In this document: piece by piece, positions 35,924 to 45,900 of the stretch | Layout of the letters: each line of letters starts with the position of its first letter | How positions within the stretch are numbered: position 1 is the stretch's first letter | IMG/VR virus record: IMGVR_UViG_3300017917_002795 | Coordinates: 1-64,000 of that record | Direction: 5' to 3' (one strand) | DNA from: a virus | DNA: 64,000 nucleotides | Translations under genes and position numbers: made by a program | The notes under the pieces: model-generated | Told to the model about the DNA's origin: nothing | The model's input: only the letters and a program-made list of their open reading frames with translations | Databases searched by the model: none

Positions 35924-36700
35924 ATGTTAGAAGCAGAAAAAATCAAATCAAATTGGGAACGTTATCGCGGATTAGTTAATGATTTATTTCCATCCCGGAA
36001 AGGCGCATTAAATAAGATGTATGATGATTTCGAAGATCGAATGGCGTTAATGCCAGCATCTTCCATGGAACATTTTCATAATGCATTTGCTGGTGGATAT
36101 GTAGACCATGTACTTCGAGTAATGGATTGTGCGTTAACTTTGCATAATACATGGACAGTTTGTGGTGCTGATATGTCTGGTTATACTACGGAAGAATTGT
36201 TGTTTGCTGCAATGCATCATGATTTAGGTAAAGTAGGATTTCCAGGCGAAGGCAATGAAGTATATCAAGTAGAAACTTCGGATTGGCATCGCAAGAATCA
36301 AGGTAAATTATATAAAACAAATTCAAATATTCCATTCACAATGGTACCAGATTTATCAATTTGGTTGCTTCAAGAATATGGTGTTAAAATATCTTGGAAT
36401 GAGTATCAAGCAATCAAGATTCACGACGGAATGTATGATGATGCAAATAAACCATATTTTGTTGCTAGATCTCCACAAGCTAAATTGAAAACAAATCTTC
36501 CAATCATATTGCATCACGCTGACCATATGGCATCAACTATTGAATATGAGCGTTGGAGAAATGAAAAAGCATCATCTCCGGCTCCTGTTGCAGAAAAAAG
36601 TAAAATCACAAAAAGCAACGGTTTAAAAAACTTAGCAGAAAATAATCCAGATGTTGAAAAGACGTTAACGGATATTTTTAGTGCGTTTAATGCAGAATAA
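35924..36700 (+). CDS. HD-domain phosphohydrolase (YhaM-like)
   Basis: PAS...HNAFAGGYVDH, HHDLGK, IHDG, HHAD. Confidence 0.9.
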   Translation: MLEAEKIKSNWERYRGLVNDLFPSRKGALNKMYDDFEDRMALMPASSMEHFHNAFAGGYVDHVLRVMDCALTLHNTWTVCGADMSGYTTEELLFAAMHHDLGKVGFPGEGNEVYQVETSDWHRKNQGKLYKTNSNIPFTMVPDLSIWLLQEYGVKISWNEYQAIKIHDGMYDDANKPYFVARSPQAKLKTNLPIILHHADHMASTIEYERWRNEKASSPAPVAEKSKITKSNGLKNLAENNPDVEKTLTDIFSAFNAE

Positions 36701-36705
36701 TAAAC

Positions 36706-36993
36706 ATGATAGCACTTATATTATTATCAATCGTAGCCACAGGAGCCGCAGTATATTTTGGTTATAGAGCTTATATTTTAGCTGGCGTTTTAGCTGACAC
36801 TGATGAATTTTTTGAGTCGATTCAGCAAACAAATGAATACATGTATTCTAGAATTCAGCAATCATATGATGCCATGCAAAAAATTGATCGACTAGGAGCA
36901 TTTGAAAAAGATGATGAAGCTGGAACAACGTTTGATTTGTTAAAACAAGTAATTGAAGAACTTAAAGAGGAATTTGATGGGCAAGAGAGCTAA
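36706..36993 (+). CDS. Membrane-anchored hypothetical protein
   Basis: N-terminal transmembrane helix. Confidence 0.75.
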   Translation: MIALILLSIVATGAAVYFGYRAYILAGVLADTDEFFESIQQTNEYMYSRIQQSYDAMQKIDRLGAFEKDDEAGTTFDLLKQVIEELKEEFDGQES

Positions 36994-37681
36994 AAAACAA
37001 AGTAATGTATATTTTACAAAGATCACTGATATAGCAATTTGTGCATACAATAAAACGGAAGATCAACCTGCTTTTCGCGAAAAAATTTATCGCAGATTTA
37101 TATTTCCGGCATTCATGAAACTTGCAGAAAATTTAATCAACAAGATAAAACCTGATTACATTGATTCGACGTTTAATGATTTACAAACTGATTTAGTTAC
37201 ATTTTTAACGGCTCGTTTAGATAAATTTAAACCAGAAAACGGAAAAGCATATTCTTATTATACAAGAACGTCATTTAACTATTTAATTGCAGAAAATCAA
37301 AAAGGTTATGCAAAGGTAAAGGCTGATGCCCATGTTATTGATGTAGATGAAGATCGCAACATAATCACAGAAATTCACAATGATGAAATGCGTGAAACTT
37401 TAGAATATTTTATGGATGCTTACATTGAATATTGTTATGATAACTTAAATTATATATTTAATAATTCTACAGATATTCATGTTGCTGAATCTGTGTTGCA
37501 TATTTTTGAGACTCGCGAAAATATTGAAGATTTCAACAAGAAAGCGTTGTATATTTTAATTCGAGAACGCACTGGAATGGAAACAACTAACATTACCAGG
37601 GTTGTTAAGACATTAAAACAAATTTACGAAGATAGATTTAAAGAGTACGAACAAACAGACTTCATAAAATTGCCGTTTTGA
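36977..37681 (+). CDS. Putative late-transcription sigma factor (T4 gp55-like)
   Basis: Region-2-like KLAENLI...DLQTD...LDKFKPENGKAYSYYTRTSFNYLI. Confidence 0.7.
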   Translation: MGKRAKKQSNVYFTKITDIAICAYNKTEDQPAFREKIYRRFIFPAFMKLAENLINKIKPDYIDSTFNDLQTDLVTFLTARLDKFKPENGKAYSYYTRTSFNYLIAENQKGYAKVKADAHVIDVDEDRNIITEIHNDEMRETLEYFMDAYIEYCYDNLNYIFNNSTDIHVAESVLHIFETRENIEDFNKKALYILIRERTGMETTNITRVVKTLKQIYEDRFKEYEQTDFIKLPF

Positions 37682-37708
37682 TATTTATATTTATATAAAT
37701 GTTTTAAA

Positions 37709-38149
37709 ATGGATAGAAACGAAGAATTATTTAAAGGTACTACATTTGCTGATTTGATGTCTGATGTATATCATAATAGCAAGAAAAAAGATCGTCAGAT
37801 AACGCAACTGATTGCTCAGTTACAGCCGTTAATTAAAAATGCATCTGATGCAACTATCATCGTTCCTTTAATTAAGGAATATCTAGATGTTGCTGTTAAG
37901 AATGATGATCATCTAGTTAAATTAACTGCGATTGTTCAGCGTTATATTTCAACTAAACAAACTATTGCAGGTGCTGATTCATTGCTTAGCGATGAAGAAA
38001 AACAACAATTGATTCGAATGGCTGAAACTACATTAGAAACGGAATTGGAAGATGAAATTCGAGATCTTAAACAATTAGATGTAGAAGACGCAAATTTCCA
38101 GAACAAAATAAATCAAGCCAAAAGCAAGTTGACAGGTAATAATGAGTAG
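37709..38149 (+). CDS. Hypothetical late protein
   Basis: Late motif at 37681. Confidence 0.8.
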   Translation: MDRNEELFKGTTFADLMSDVYHNSKKKDRQITQLIAQLQPLIKNASDATIIVPLIKEYLDVAVKNDDHLVKLTAIVQRYISTKQTIAGADSLLSDEEKQQLIRMAETTLETELEDEIRDLKQLDVEDANFQNKINQAKSKLTGNNE

Positions 38150-39206
38150 ACCGTATTCAAATCCAGTTTGGTTTTATGTCGCTGAAGTAACTGCGGTTAC
38201 CCCAAATCCTACTTATGATTTATCAATTGATCGTAAAATAAAAGAAAAAAATCAACCTGCAGACCGCAATGTAAAAAACATATACATGATCGATTGTTCG
38301 ATTATTCAAACCGGTACATGGTCTCCTCCAATCATCGCTAAACCTGCGGATTTGAATACATCTAAAATTCCATTAGTTGGTGAACATGTACTAGTTTTCC
38401 GTGGTTATCGTGCTGATTCCAATGTTGAAAGTAGAAAAACAGAATGGTTTTATCTGAATACATTGTCTATAAGTTCTGATATCAATCTAAATGCTATTCC
38501 AGGTGTTTCTGATTCCAGAATATCAGGGTCTGCAGCCCCAGGTGATTCTTTTAAAGAACGTGTTGTATCCATACTTCAGCAATTTGAAGGAGATGTTGTA
38601 TTGCAAGGACGTTGGGGGAATAGTTTGCGGTTTAGTAGCACAATTGATACTAAAAATATAAAAGTAGAACAACAACCTACATGGATTGGTAACCGTACGG
38701 GAGATCCAATTACTATTATTTCAAATAACCGGATTAATGAAGATGATTCATATGGAATTGAGCAAATAAAAGATGAAAATGCGGCAATTTATTTAACATC
38801 AACCCAACAACTGCCAACATTAACATTAGGAACTTCACAAGAAAAAAATCCATTGCGTTGTTTTACTCCAACAGAATCACAGTATGCAAAATCTCAACTC
38901 ATCGGAACTGCTGATCGCATTGTGCTCAAAGCTAAAACAGACGTTGCAGTTATTGATGCACCGAAAGCAGTTATATTAAATACAACCGGTGATGTGAAAA
39001 TTGGAAGTGATGAAGCAAATATTTCCATGGTTCATGGAGATGTATTGCTTGTTATACTTCAAAAGATATTAAACCAACTCAATGTCCCGGTGCAAGCAGC
39101 TCATTTAACAGGTACGTTTTTAGATAAATCAAATATTCAATCAGCTCAACGTGATTTACAAAAACTACTTAGTTCTAAATATTTTATAAAACAACAAACA
39201 TATTAA
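38142..39206 (+). CDS. Putative baseplate hub/spike-associated protein
   Basis: PLVGEHVLV OB-fold-like segment, beta-rich C-terminus; upstream of gp25/gp6. Confidence 0.55.
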   Translation: MSRPYSNPVWFYVAEVTAVTPNPTYDLSIDRKIKEKNQPADRNVKNIYMIDCSIIQTGTWSPPIIAKPADLNTSKIPLVGEHVLVFRGYRADSNVESRKTEWFYLNTLSISSDINLNAIPGVSDSRISGSAAPGDSFKERVVSILQQFEGDVVLQGRWGNSLRFSSTIDTKNIKVEQQPTWIGNRTGDPITIISNNRINEDDSYGIEQIKDENAAIYLTSTQQLPTLTLGTSQEKNPLRCFTPTESQYAKSQLIGTADRIVLKAKTDVAVIDAPKAVILNTTGDVKIGSDEANISMVHGDVLLVILQKILNQLNVPVQAAHLTGTFLDKSNIQSAQRDLQKLLSSKYFIKQQTY

Positions 39207-39215
39207 GGTTATATC

Positions 39216-40064
39216 ATGTCAGCACTAACACCACCATTTGATATTGTTCCTAAATTACCTGGCAAAGGCGTCAATTTAATAGTTAAACAACTTGATCAGC
39301 AAACTAATCGGTTAGTTGAATCAGTAAATAAAACTGTACAAGATTCAATAAAATTACCGCGAGGTTGTAGTTGTGATGATCCTAATGTTAAAAAAATCAA
39401 AGATGATTTAGCTAAAATACAACAGCAAATCACTAAAGTACAACAAACAATTCCTGACATAAGTAAAACTATTAAGACAGTTCAAACATTAGTTAAAACA
39501 GCTAGTGCGGTAAAATCTGCAATTACTGCAGCTCAATTATTGAATCCGGTTACTGCGCCTTTATTTATTGCACAACAATTAACAGCAATACAGGATGCAA
39601 CCATAGCAAATGCAATTGCATCTTTAGAACAATTTAAAACTATACCAGATTCAATAACATCGAAACTTGCTACCATAGTGCCACCGTTAATCAATGCAAT
39701 ACAACGTATATCAGAAACATGTAATGGTGATTTAGATGGTTTAGAAAACTTACAACTACCAAAATCTGTTATCGATGATATTGATGGCGATTACAATGAT
39801 TTAATTGATTCTGACTTCTACAATGAATTAAATGTTTCTGATGATGATTTACAACAAAGGTCAGATACCATTGAATCTTTAGTAGCTCAACAACAATCAT
39901 TATTAACATCATTATTAGAAGCCCCAAGCCGAGTATATCAAGAAAATGGTGCACCAAAATCTAATTTAGGTAAATTGGGCGATTACTATATAGATATTCA
40001 AAATAGAATGATGTATGGTCCAAAATTAGATGCTCAATCATGGGGAACGGGCATAAACTATTGA
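39216..40064 (+). CDS. Structural hypothetical protein
   Basis: Helical region plus C-terminal GAP..LG..GDYYID...YGPK motif. Confidence 0.7.
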   Translation: MSALTPPFDIVPKLPGKGVNLIVKQLDQQTNRLVESVNKTVQDSIKLPRGCSCDDPNVKKIKDDLAKIQQQITKVQQTIPDISKTIKTVQTLVKTASAVKSAITAAQLLNPVTAPLFIAQQLTAIQDATIANAIASLEQFKTIPDSITSKLATIVPPLINAIQRISETCNGDLDGLENLQLPKSVIDDIDGDYNDLIDSDFYNELNVSDDDLQQRSDTIESLVAQQQSLLTSLLEAPSRVYQENGAPKSNLGKLGDYYIDIQNRMMYGPKLDAQSWGTGINY

Positions 40065-40092
40065 TCTTTATATTTATAATAAAAGATATCAT

Positions 40093-40599
40093 ATGGATTC
40101 AAAAACATTAATAAAAGCACTTAAAACCGCTGTACGTGAGGTTATAAAAGAAGAATTGACAGAAATTCTTCAAGAAGGTTTACAATCTACTATTAATGAG
40201 ATGAAAATGTCATCCGTAAAGAAACGTGTAACCCAAGAGCCAGTACGAAATAAAACTAGTATTGTTCCAGAAACACAACATGTAAAAAATAAAGTTCAAT
40301 TCAAATCAACCAGCTTTGCAAATATTTTAAACGAAACGCCATCTATGCGAGATCCAGGAACTGGTATATCTAGTTTTGCTGAACTAGTAAATGAAGATAT
40401 TGATACGTTGAGTTTTACATCTGCAGATGCACCTGGTTTTGGTATGATGCGAACAAATCAGCAGCCTAGTAAACCACAAACAATGCATGATCCAGAAACG
40501 GATAAAATTTTACAAGTTGATCCGGTAGTTGCAAAAGCCATAACAAGAGATTATTCTGCTTTGATGAAAGCCGTTGATAAGAAAAAAGGATTCGTATAA
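40093..40599 (+). CDS. Hypothetical late protein
   Basis: Late motif at 40070. Confidence 0.75.
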   Translation: MDSKTLIKALKTAVREVIKEELTEILQEGLQSTINEMKMSSVKKRVTQEPVRNKTSIVPETQHVKNKVQFKSTSFANILNETPSMRDPGTGISSFAELVNEDIDTLSFTSADAPGFGMMRTNQQPSKPQTMHDPETDKILQVDPVVAKAITRDYSALMKAVDKKKGFV

Positions 40600-41045
40600 T
40601 GTCATATGTTGTTGTATCTAGCGCGGAAAATGTTAGAACTAATAATACACCACTAGGAATTAGTATAAATTTTTCTAGACCGGGAGTATTTGAATCACTC
40701 ACAGATATTGACACGCAAGCTCGTAACAACTTAAAGAATTTACTCTTAACATTTCCTGGTGAACGATATGAAAATCCAACATTTGGATGTAATTTAAAGC
40801 GTATAATTTTTGAACAAAGCAATTTGTTTGTTAAAGAACAAATTCAAACACTTATAAATGCAGCTGTATCAAATTTTACACCATATATTAACATACAAAA
40901 TCTAAAAATCATTACAGTAGAAGATGACCCGACATTTGAACATTATATTAAAATAACAATTATATTTACTGTAGATCGATCAGCTTTTGAACAACAAATT
41001 ACAATTACTGGAACTGAAAATGGTCAAATAATTGTTGGAGATTAA
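40599..41045 (+). CDS. Baseplate wedge subunit, gp25-like
   Basis: NLKNLLLTFPGER...PTFGCNL..IIFE. Confidence 0.9.
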   Translation: MSYVVVSSAENVRTNNTPLGISINFSRPGVFESLTDIDTQARNNLKNLLLTFPGERYENPTFGCNLKRIIFEQSNLFVKEQIQTLINAAVSNFTPYINIQNLKIITVEDDPTFEHYIKITIIFTVDRSAFEQQITITGTENGQIIVGD

Positions 41046-41059
41046 CAGAAATAAACATC

Positions 41060-42931
41060 ATGGAAACAAAAAAAGAAATATCATATTTAGGAAAAGATTT
41101 CGGGCAATTCAAGAAAAACTTGATTGATTTTACTAAACAATATTTTCCAGATACATATACTGATTTTAGTGATGCATCTCCTGGCGGAGTGTTTATCGAA
41201 ATGGCTGCGTATGTTGGTGATGTTTTAAGTTTTTATGCAGATACCAATATTCGCGAAACGTTGATGAATCAAGCTTCAGAAACAGGAAATATATTTGATA
41301 TTGCTGCTACATTGGGATATAAAGCAAAAACTGTAACATCAGCACAAACAATGTTAGATGTATTTCATCTTGTTCCTGCTATAGGATCTGGTGTTAATGT
41401 TCGGCCAGATTTTGATTATGCACTTTCTATTAATAGTTTACGGGCACGATCAGGTGGTGTTGTATTTAGATCTACAGATTCATTAGATTTTTCATTTTCA
41501 TCATCTCTAGATCCAACTGAAATTTCTGTGTATGAAGCAGATCCTGCAACAAAAGCGCCAACATATTTTCTTTTAAAGAAACGTGTTAGAGCAGTCTCTG
41601 GTGAAATTCGTACACAATCATTTACCTTTGGATCTCCCGTTGCATATGATAAAGTTTTACTAAATGATACTAATATCGTAGAAATTTTATCAGTAGAAGA
41701 ATCTGATGGTGATAATTGGTATGAAGTTCCATATTTAGCCCAAGATACTATTTTTGAATCAATTCCAAATATCGCAGAAAATGATCCAGAACTTTCTGTG
41801 TTTAGGTCATCATCACCTAGTTTGCTTAAACTACGGAAAACATCAAAACGATTTGTTACTAGGTTACGCAGTGATAATCTTTTAGAAATGCAGTTTGGTT
41901 CTGGGGTATCATTTAACAATGATGAAGAAATTGTTCCAAATCCGGACAATGTTGGAAATGGATTAGCAGGATTTCGGCGAGATATTGATGTTGATATTGA
42001 TCCAGCAAACTTCTTATATACAAGAACATATGGGCAAGCTCCTGCAAATACAACATTAACCGTAACATATGTAGTATCAAATGGATTAGCAGAAAATGTT
42101 GCTGCAAATACTATAACACAATTAGATGTTGTGTCATATTATGATAACATTAATTCTACAACTAATGCAAATATGCTTAATTTTGTAAAATCTTCAGTTG
42201 CTGTTAACAACCCAGAGCCAGCTAATGGCGGAAAATCTGCAGAAAGTATAACAGATATTAAAAATAATGCGATGGCATATTTTGCAACTCAAAATCGTTT
42301 AGTAACCAGAGAAGATTATGTTGTTCGCACATATTCAATGCCAGCTAAATTTGGTTCTGTTGCTAAGGTATATATTGTTCCAGATGATCAAATTTCTCAA
42401 AAAGAAACATTAGATACTCGTATTGCAAATCCATTGGCAATGAATATGTATGTTTTGGGATATGATCAATCAAAACATTTAACTGAATTAAATCAAGCAG
42501 TAAAAGAAAACTTAAAAACATATCTTAGTTATTACAGAATAATGACTGATGCGGTGAATATTAAAGATGCGTTTATTATTAACATTGGCGTTGATTTTGA
42601 AATCACTGTTCTTCCAAACTATAATAGCAATGAAGTTTTATTGAAATGTATATCAGTATTAACAGACTATTTTAATCTCGATCGTTGGCAGATCAATCAA
42701 CCTATTATGAAATCTGATATATCTACTACGATTGCAAATGTTAAAGGAGTTCAAAGTGTTATAGGAGTTAATTTTTTAAATTTATATGATTCTGATTTTG
42801 GATATTCTGGTAATGTTTATGATTTAGATGGTGCAACGCGTAATGGTGTAATTTATCCATCTCTAGATCCTAGTATTTTTGAACTTAAATTTCCTAATAA
42901 TGATATTCGAGGAAGAGTAGTAAGTTATTAA
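41060..42931 (+). CDS. Baseplate wedge subunit, gp6/baseplate-J-like
   Basis: DF..FK..L, IEMAAYVGDVLSFY, FGSG, NPEPANGG..AES, QNRLVTREDY. Confidence 0.9.
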   Translation: METKKEISYLGKDFGQFKKNLIDFTKQYFPDTYTDFSDASPGGVFIEMAAYVGDVLSFYADTNIRETLMNQASETGNIFDIAATLGYKAKTVTSAQTMLDVFHLVPAIGSGVNVRPDFDYALSINSLRARSGGVVFRSTDSLDFSFSSSLDPTEISVYEADPATKAPTYFLLKKRVRAVSGEIRTQSFTFGSPVAYDKVLLNDTNIVEILSVEESDGDNWYEVPYLAQDTIFESIPNIAENDPELSVFRSSSPSLLKLRKTSKRFVTRLRSDNLLEMQFGSGVSFNNDEEIVPNPDNVGNGLAGFRRDIDVDIDPANFLYTRTYGQAPANTTLTVTYVVSNGLAENVAANTITQLDVVSYYDNINSTTNANMLNFVKSSVAVNNPEPANGGKSAESITDIKNNAMAYFATQNRLVTREDYVVRTYSMPAKFGSVAKVYIVPDDQISQKETLDTRIANPLAMNMYVLGYDQSKHLTELNQAVKENLKTYLSYYRIMTDAVNIKDAFIINIGVDFEITVLPNYNSNEVLLKCISVLTDYFNLDRWQINQPIMKSDISTTIANVKGVQSVIGVNFLNLYDSDFGYSGNVYDLDGATRNGVIYPSLDPSIFELKFPNNDIRGRVVSY

Positions 42932-42966
42932 TCCGCGTATATTTATACTAAAAGGATTAAATAATC

Positions 42967-43539
42967 ATGGGCGTATTATCTAATAATTATGCACAAATTG
43001 TTCCTGGTGCATTAATATCAGCAAGTTATGTGTCTGATATTTACGATGTATTGATGGGTGCAGAATCTGAAAACATAATGTTATCTGGTTCATTAAATGT
43101 AACTGGTAGTATTTATGGAACATTAACAGGAACTGCATCATTTGCTGTTAGTTCTTCTCAAGCAATATCCGCATCATATGTAGAATCATCATCATATTCA
43201 ATTAGTTCATCACATACATTATTTGCAGAAACTGCTTCATACGCTTTTTATGCAGTATCTGCATCATATGAAATTAATTATGAAACTTCTAGTTCATATG
43301 CAGAAACTTCAAGTATTTCATTGAGTTCATTATATTCGGTGACAAGCTCATATGTATCTGGTTCTGAAATATATGTTACATCTGGTTCATTGAATTATAT
43401 TAATGTTTCAGATACATTTATAACACAAGGAACAGTATTAATGTATACAGCATCGTTACCGGAAACAGATCCTGTTGTTAATGGACAGCTATGGAGATCG
43501 GGTAGTTTTCTAATGATTAGTACTGGTTCTGGCGTTTAA
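42967..43539 (+). CDS. Short fibre-like protein with S-A/S/G-S repeats
   Basis: Repeats of 6-7 residues; C-terminal LPETDP...GQLW. Confidence 0.7.
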   Translation: MGVLSNNYAQIVPGALISASYVSDIYDVLMGAESENIMLSGSLNVTGSIYGTLTGTASFAVSSSQAISASYVESSSYSISSSHTLFAETASYAFYAVSASYEINYETSSSYAETSSISLSSLYSVTSSYVSGSEIYVTSGSLNYINVSDTFITQGTVLMYTASLPETDPVVNGQLWRSGSFLMISTGSGV

Positions 43540-43553
43540 AAAAGGTTAATAAC

Positions 43554-44750
43554 ATGTTTAGAATATTCTATGCAGAACAAGATGCTACGTTATTTGAAGG
43601 TGCAGATTCTGGCAGTATTACTAGTTTTACAAATACTGGTTTAGATGAAATACTCGAAATTGGTAAACGTTTAGGAACAGATGGTTCTACATTATTAAAA
43701 TCTAGATCTGTTATAAAATTCAACATTACCGAAGTTTTATCAGTAGCTGAAAAATATGATGTAGATTTATCTTCATGTAAATTCATGTTACAACTTTATA
43801 CATCTCATGCAAAAAATTTACCAGCAGAATATTCAATTGATGCAAAAATTATCGCACAACCATGGATAAATGGTACAGGGTTTGCATCTTCAAATCCAGT
43901 AATATCTAACGGCGTTAACTGGGCAATGCCAATGGCAGATTGGTCTTTAGATTCACAAACAGGAAATTTATGGATTTCTAGTTCACAGCAAATTCAAGTT
44001 AATAATTCATCGTTACATGTATCTGGTAGTGGTCAGGGTGGTAGTTGGTTGTGGCAATCGGGTAGTGGTATATTTAATATTTCTAACTTCAATCAATCAT
44101 TTTTTACACAACCAGGTTTAGAATCTCAAGAATCATTTTCATATCGACCAACTGATATTAATATGGATGTGACAAATGCTATATTACTTTGGATATCTGG
44201 ATCTGGTGGTAATTCTATTCAAAATAATGGATTTCTTCTTAAATTTTCTGATGTAGATGAAACAAATTCTGCAGTAACTGGATATGTAAATTTCTTTAGT
44301 AGAGAAACACATACTATATATGTTCCTAGATTAACCATGTATTGGGATCAGAGTGAATATTCTTCTTCATTATCTAACATAGATTTAGATTCATTTACTG
44401 TGTTTACAAAAATGAAACCGGAATATAAAGATACTGAAGTAGCGCGTATTCGAATTTATTCTAGAAATAAATATCCCCAAAAATCACCAACTAACTTATT
44501 TCCAACACAAACCGTTAACCGGTTACCAGTAACAACTTATTATTCTGTCATTGATGCAGCTACAGATGAAGTCATAATTCCATATGATGATATTTATACT
44601 AAAGTAAGTTGTGATAATATAAGTAATTTCATTTACATCGATATGAATGGATTTATGCCAGAACGATATTATCGTTTACAGTTTAAAATTGTAGATGGAT
44701 TTACGGAACAATATGTTGATGATGACATTTATTTTAAAGTAGTTAGATAA
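43554..44750 (+). CDS. Virion structural protein (DNRLRE-like N-terminal domain)
   Basis: DATL...NTGLDEILEIG...RSVIKF...NNGFLLK...F.SRE...PRL. Confidence 0.65.
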   Translation: MFRIFYAEQDATLFEGADSGSITSFTNTGLDEILEIGKRLGTDGSTLLKSRSVIKFNITEVLSVAEKYDVDLSSCKFMLQLYTSHAKNLPAEYSIDAKIIAQPWINGTGFASSNPVISNGVNWAMPMADWSLDSQTGNLWISSSQQIQVNNSSLHVSGSGQGGSWLWQSGSGIFNISNFNQSFFTQPGLESQESFSYRPTDINMDVTNAILLWISGSGGNSIQNNGFLLKFSDVDETNSAVTGYVNFFSRETHTIYVPRLTMYWDQSEYSSSLSNIDLDSFTVFTKMKPEYKDTEVARIRIYSRNKYPQKSPTNLFPTQTVNRLPVTTYYSVIDAATDEVIIPYDDIYTKVSCDNISNFIYIDMNGFMPERYYRLQFKIVDGFTEQYVDDDIYFKVVR

Positions 44751-45889
44751 TGGAAAAAGTTGAAAAAGTACGTGAAGCTGAAATAGTACGTGAGTTAGCG
44801 GCGTTCGATTTATCTAAAGATAAAGAAAAAGTTATAATAACTACCGTTGATAGTGTTGTAAAAAATGAATTATTAGATCCAGTTCCACTACGACAACAAG
44901 CAAAATATAAAACTGGCGGGTTAACTGTAACATCTAATAACACAAGTATTATACCTCGAGATGGAGCTGGAAATATAATACTACGAGAAAACGAACAAAA
45001 TAATCCATTACTTATTATTGAACCAGTTGATACTACAATATTATTGGAATCGGTATTAAAAGTTTTAGATACGCGGTTTGAATATTTTAAATTCCCAGTA
45101 TCTACAACAGCAGTCGTCGATCAATCAGCACCAATAACTGAACTTTTAATTGAACCGGAGGTTATAGAATATACGTTTCCTATTTCATACGATTCACAAA
45201 ATCAACCAAATGAATTTTTGAGAATTAATACAACAGATGAAACAACATGGTTTTATAATGATGGAACTACTAGATCTAGCGGATTTAAACAGTTACCGTT
45301 TACCGGTGGTAATCAATCAAAACGAAATGGTTATACATTAACACAAGATGTTATCGATACATTAAAATCTAAGAATAAAACATTAAAATTTACCATTCAA
45401 ACGCAAGTTGCATATAAAACTGATAATTCTACAACACTGATACGATTACAACGTGAAAATGTAAAAGTTTGGAGAATTTGGGAATATCCAGAAATTAATG
45501 CAATTGCACAAACAACTAATCCTGCTCCGGTGTTATCTATGGAGTATGTTTTAAATATAAATGATTTGATAGCTGATGATTTTTATGTTGTAGAAGCAGT
45601 GTCGACTGCTCAAACTAATTTATATGTTGATAGTGCATATTGGACTATAGAAGAAATTGATATTCCTAAAACACGATCATTATCTAATAATGCAGGATAT
45701 GGAGTGTATACTGCTACCGGTGAACAATTACGTATCGTAAAATCATATGTAGATCCAGGACAAAATCCGGAGGTTTTAAAAATTAGTCTTAAGGAACCTA
45801 CTATTGTACAAGTTTTAGATAAAACAACACGTCCGGATCTTGAATCATTTCCCTCTTTTTTGAACCTAGATAGTAATCCTAACGAATAA
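44750..45889 (+). CDS. Structural hypothetical protein
   Basis: Within baseplate operon. Confidence 0.7.
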   Translation: MEKVEKVREAEIVRELAAFDLSKDKEKVIITTVDSVVKNELLDPVPLRQQAKYKTGGLTVTSNNTSIIPRDGAGNIILRENEQNNPLLIIEPVDTTILLESVLKVLDTRFEYFKFPVSTTAVVDQSAPITELLIEPEVIEYTFPISYDSQNQPNEFLRINTTDETTWFYNDGTTRSSGFKQLPFTGGNQSKRNGYTLTQDVIDTLKSKNKTLKFTIQTQVAYKTDNSTTLIRLQRENVKVWRIWEYPEINAIAQTTNPAPVLSMEYVLNINDLIADDFYVVEAVSTAQTNLYVDSAYWTIEEIDIPKTRSLSNNAGYGVYTATGEQLRIVKSYVDPGQNPEVLKISLKEPTIVQVLDKTTRPDLESFPSFLNLDSNPNE

Positions 45890-45900
45890 ATTGATCTATA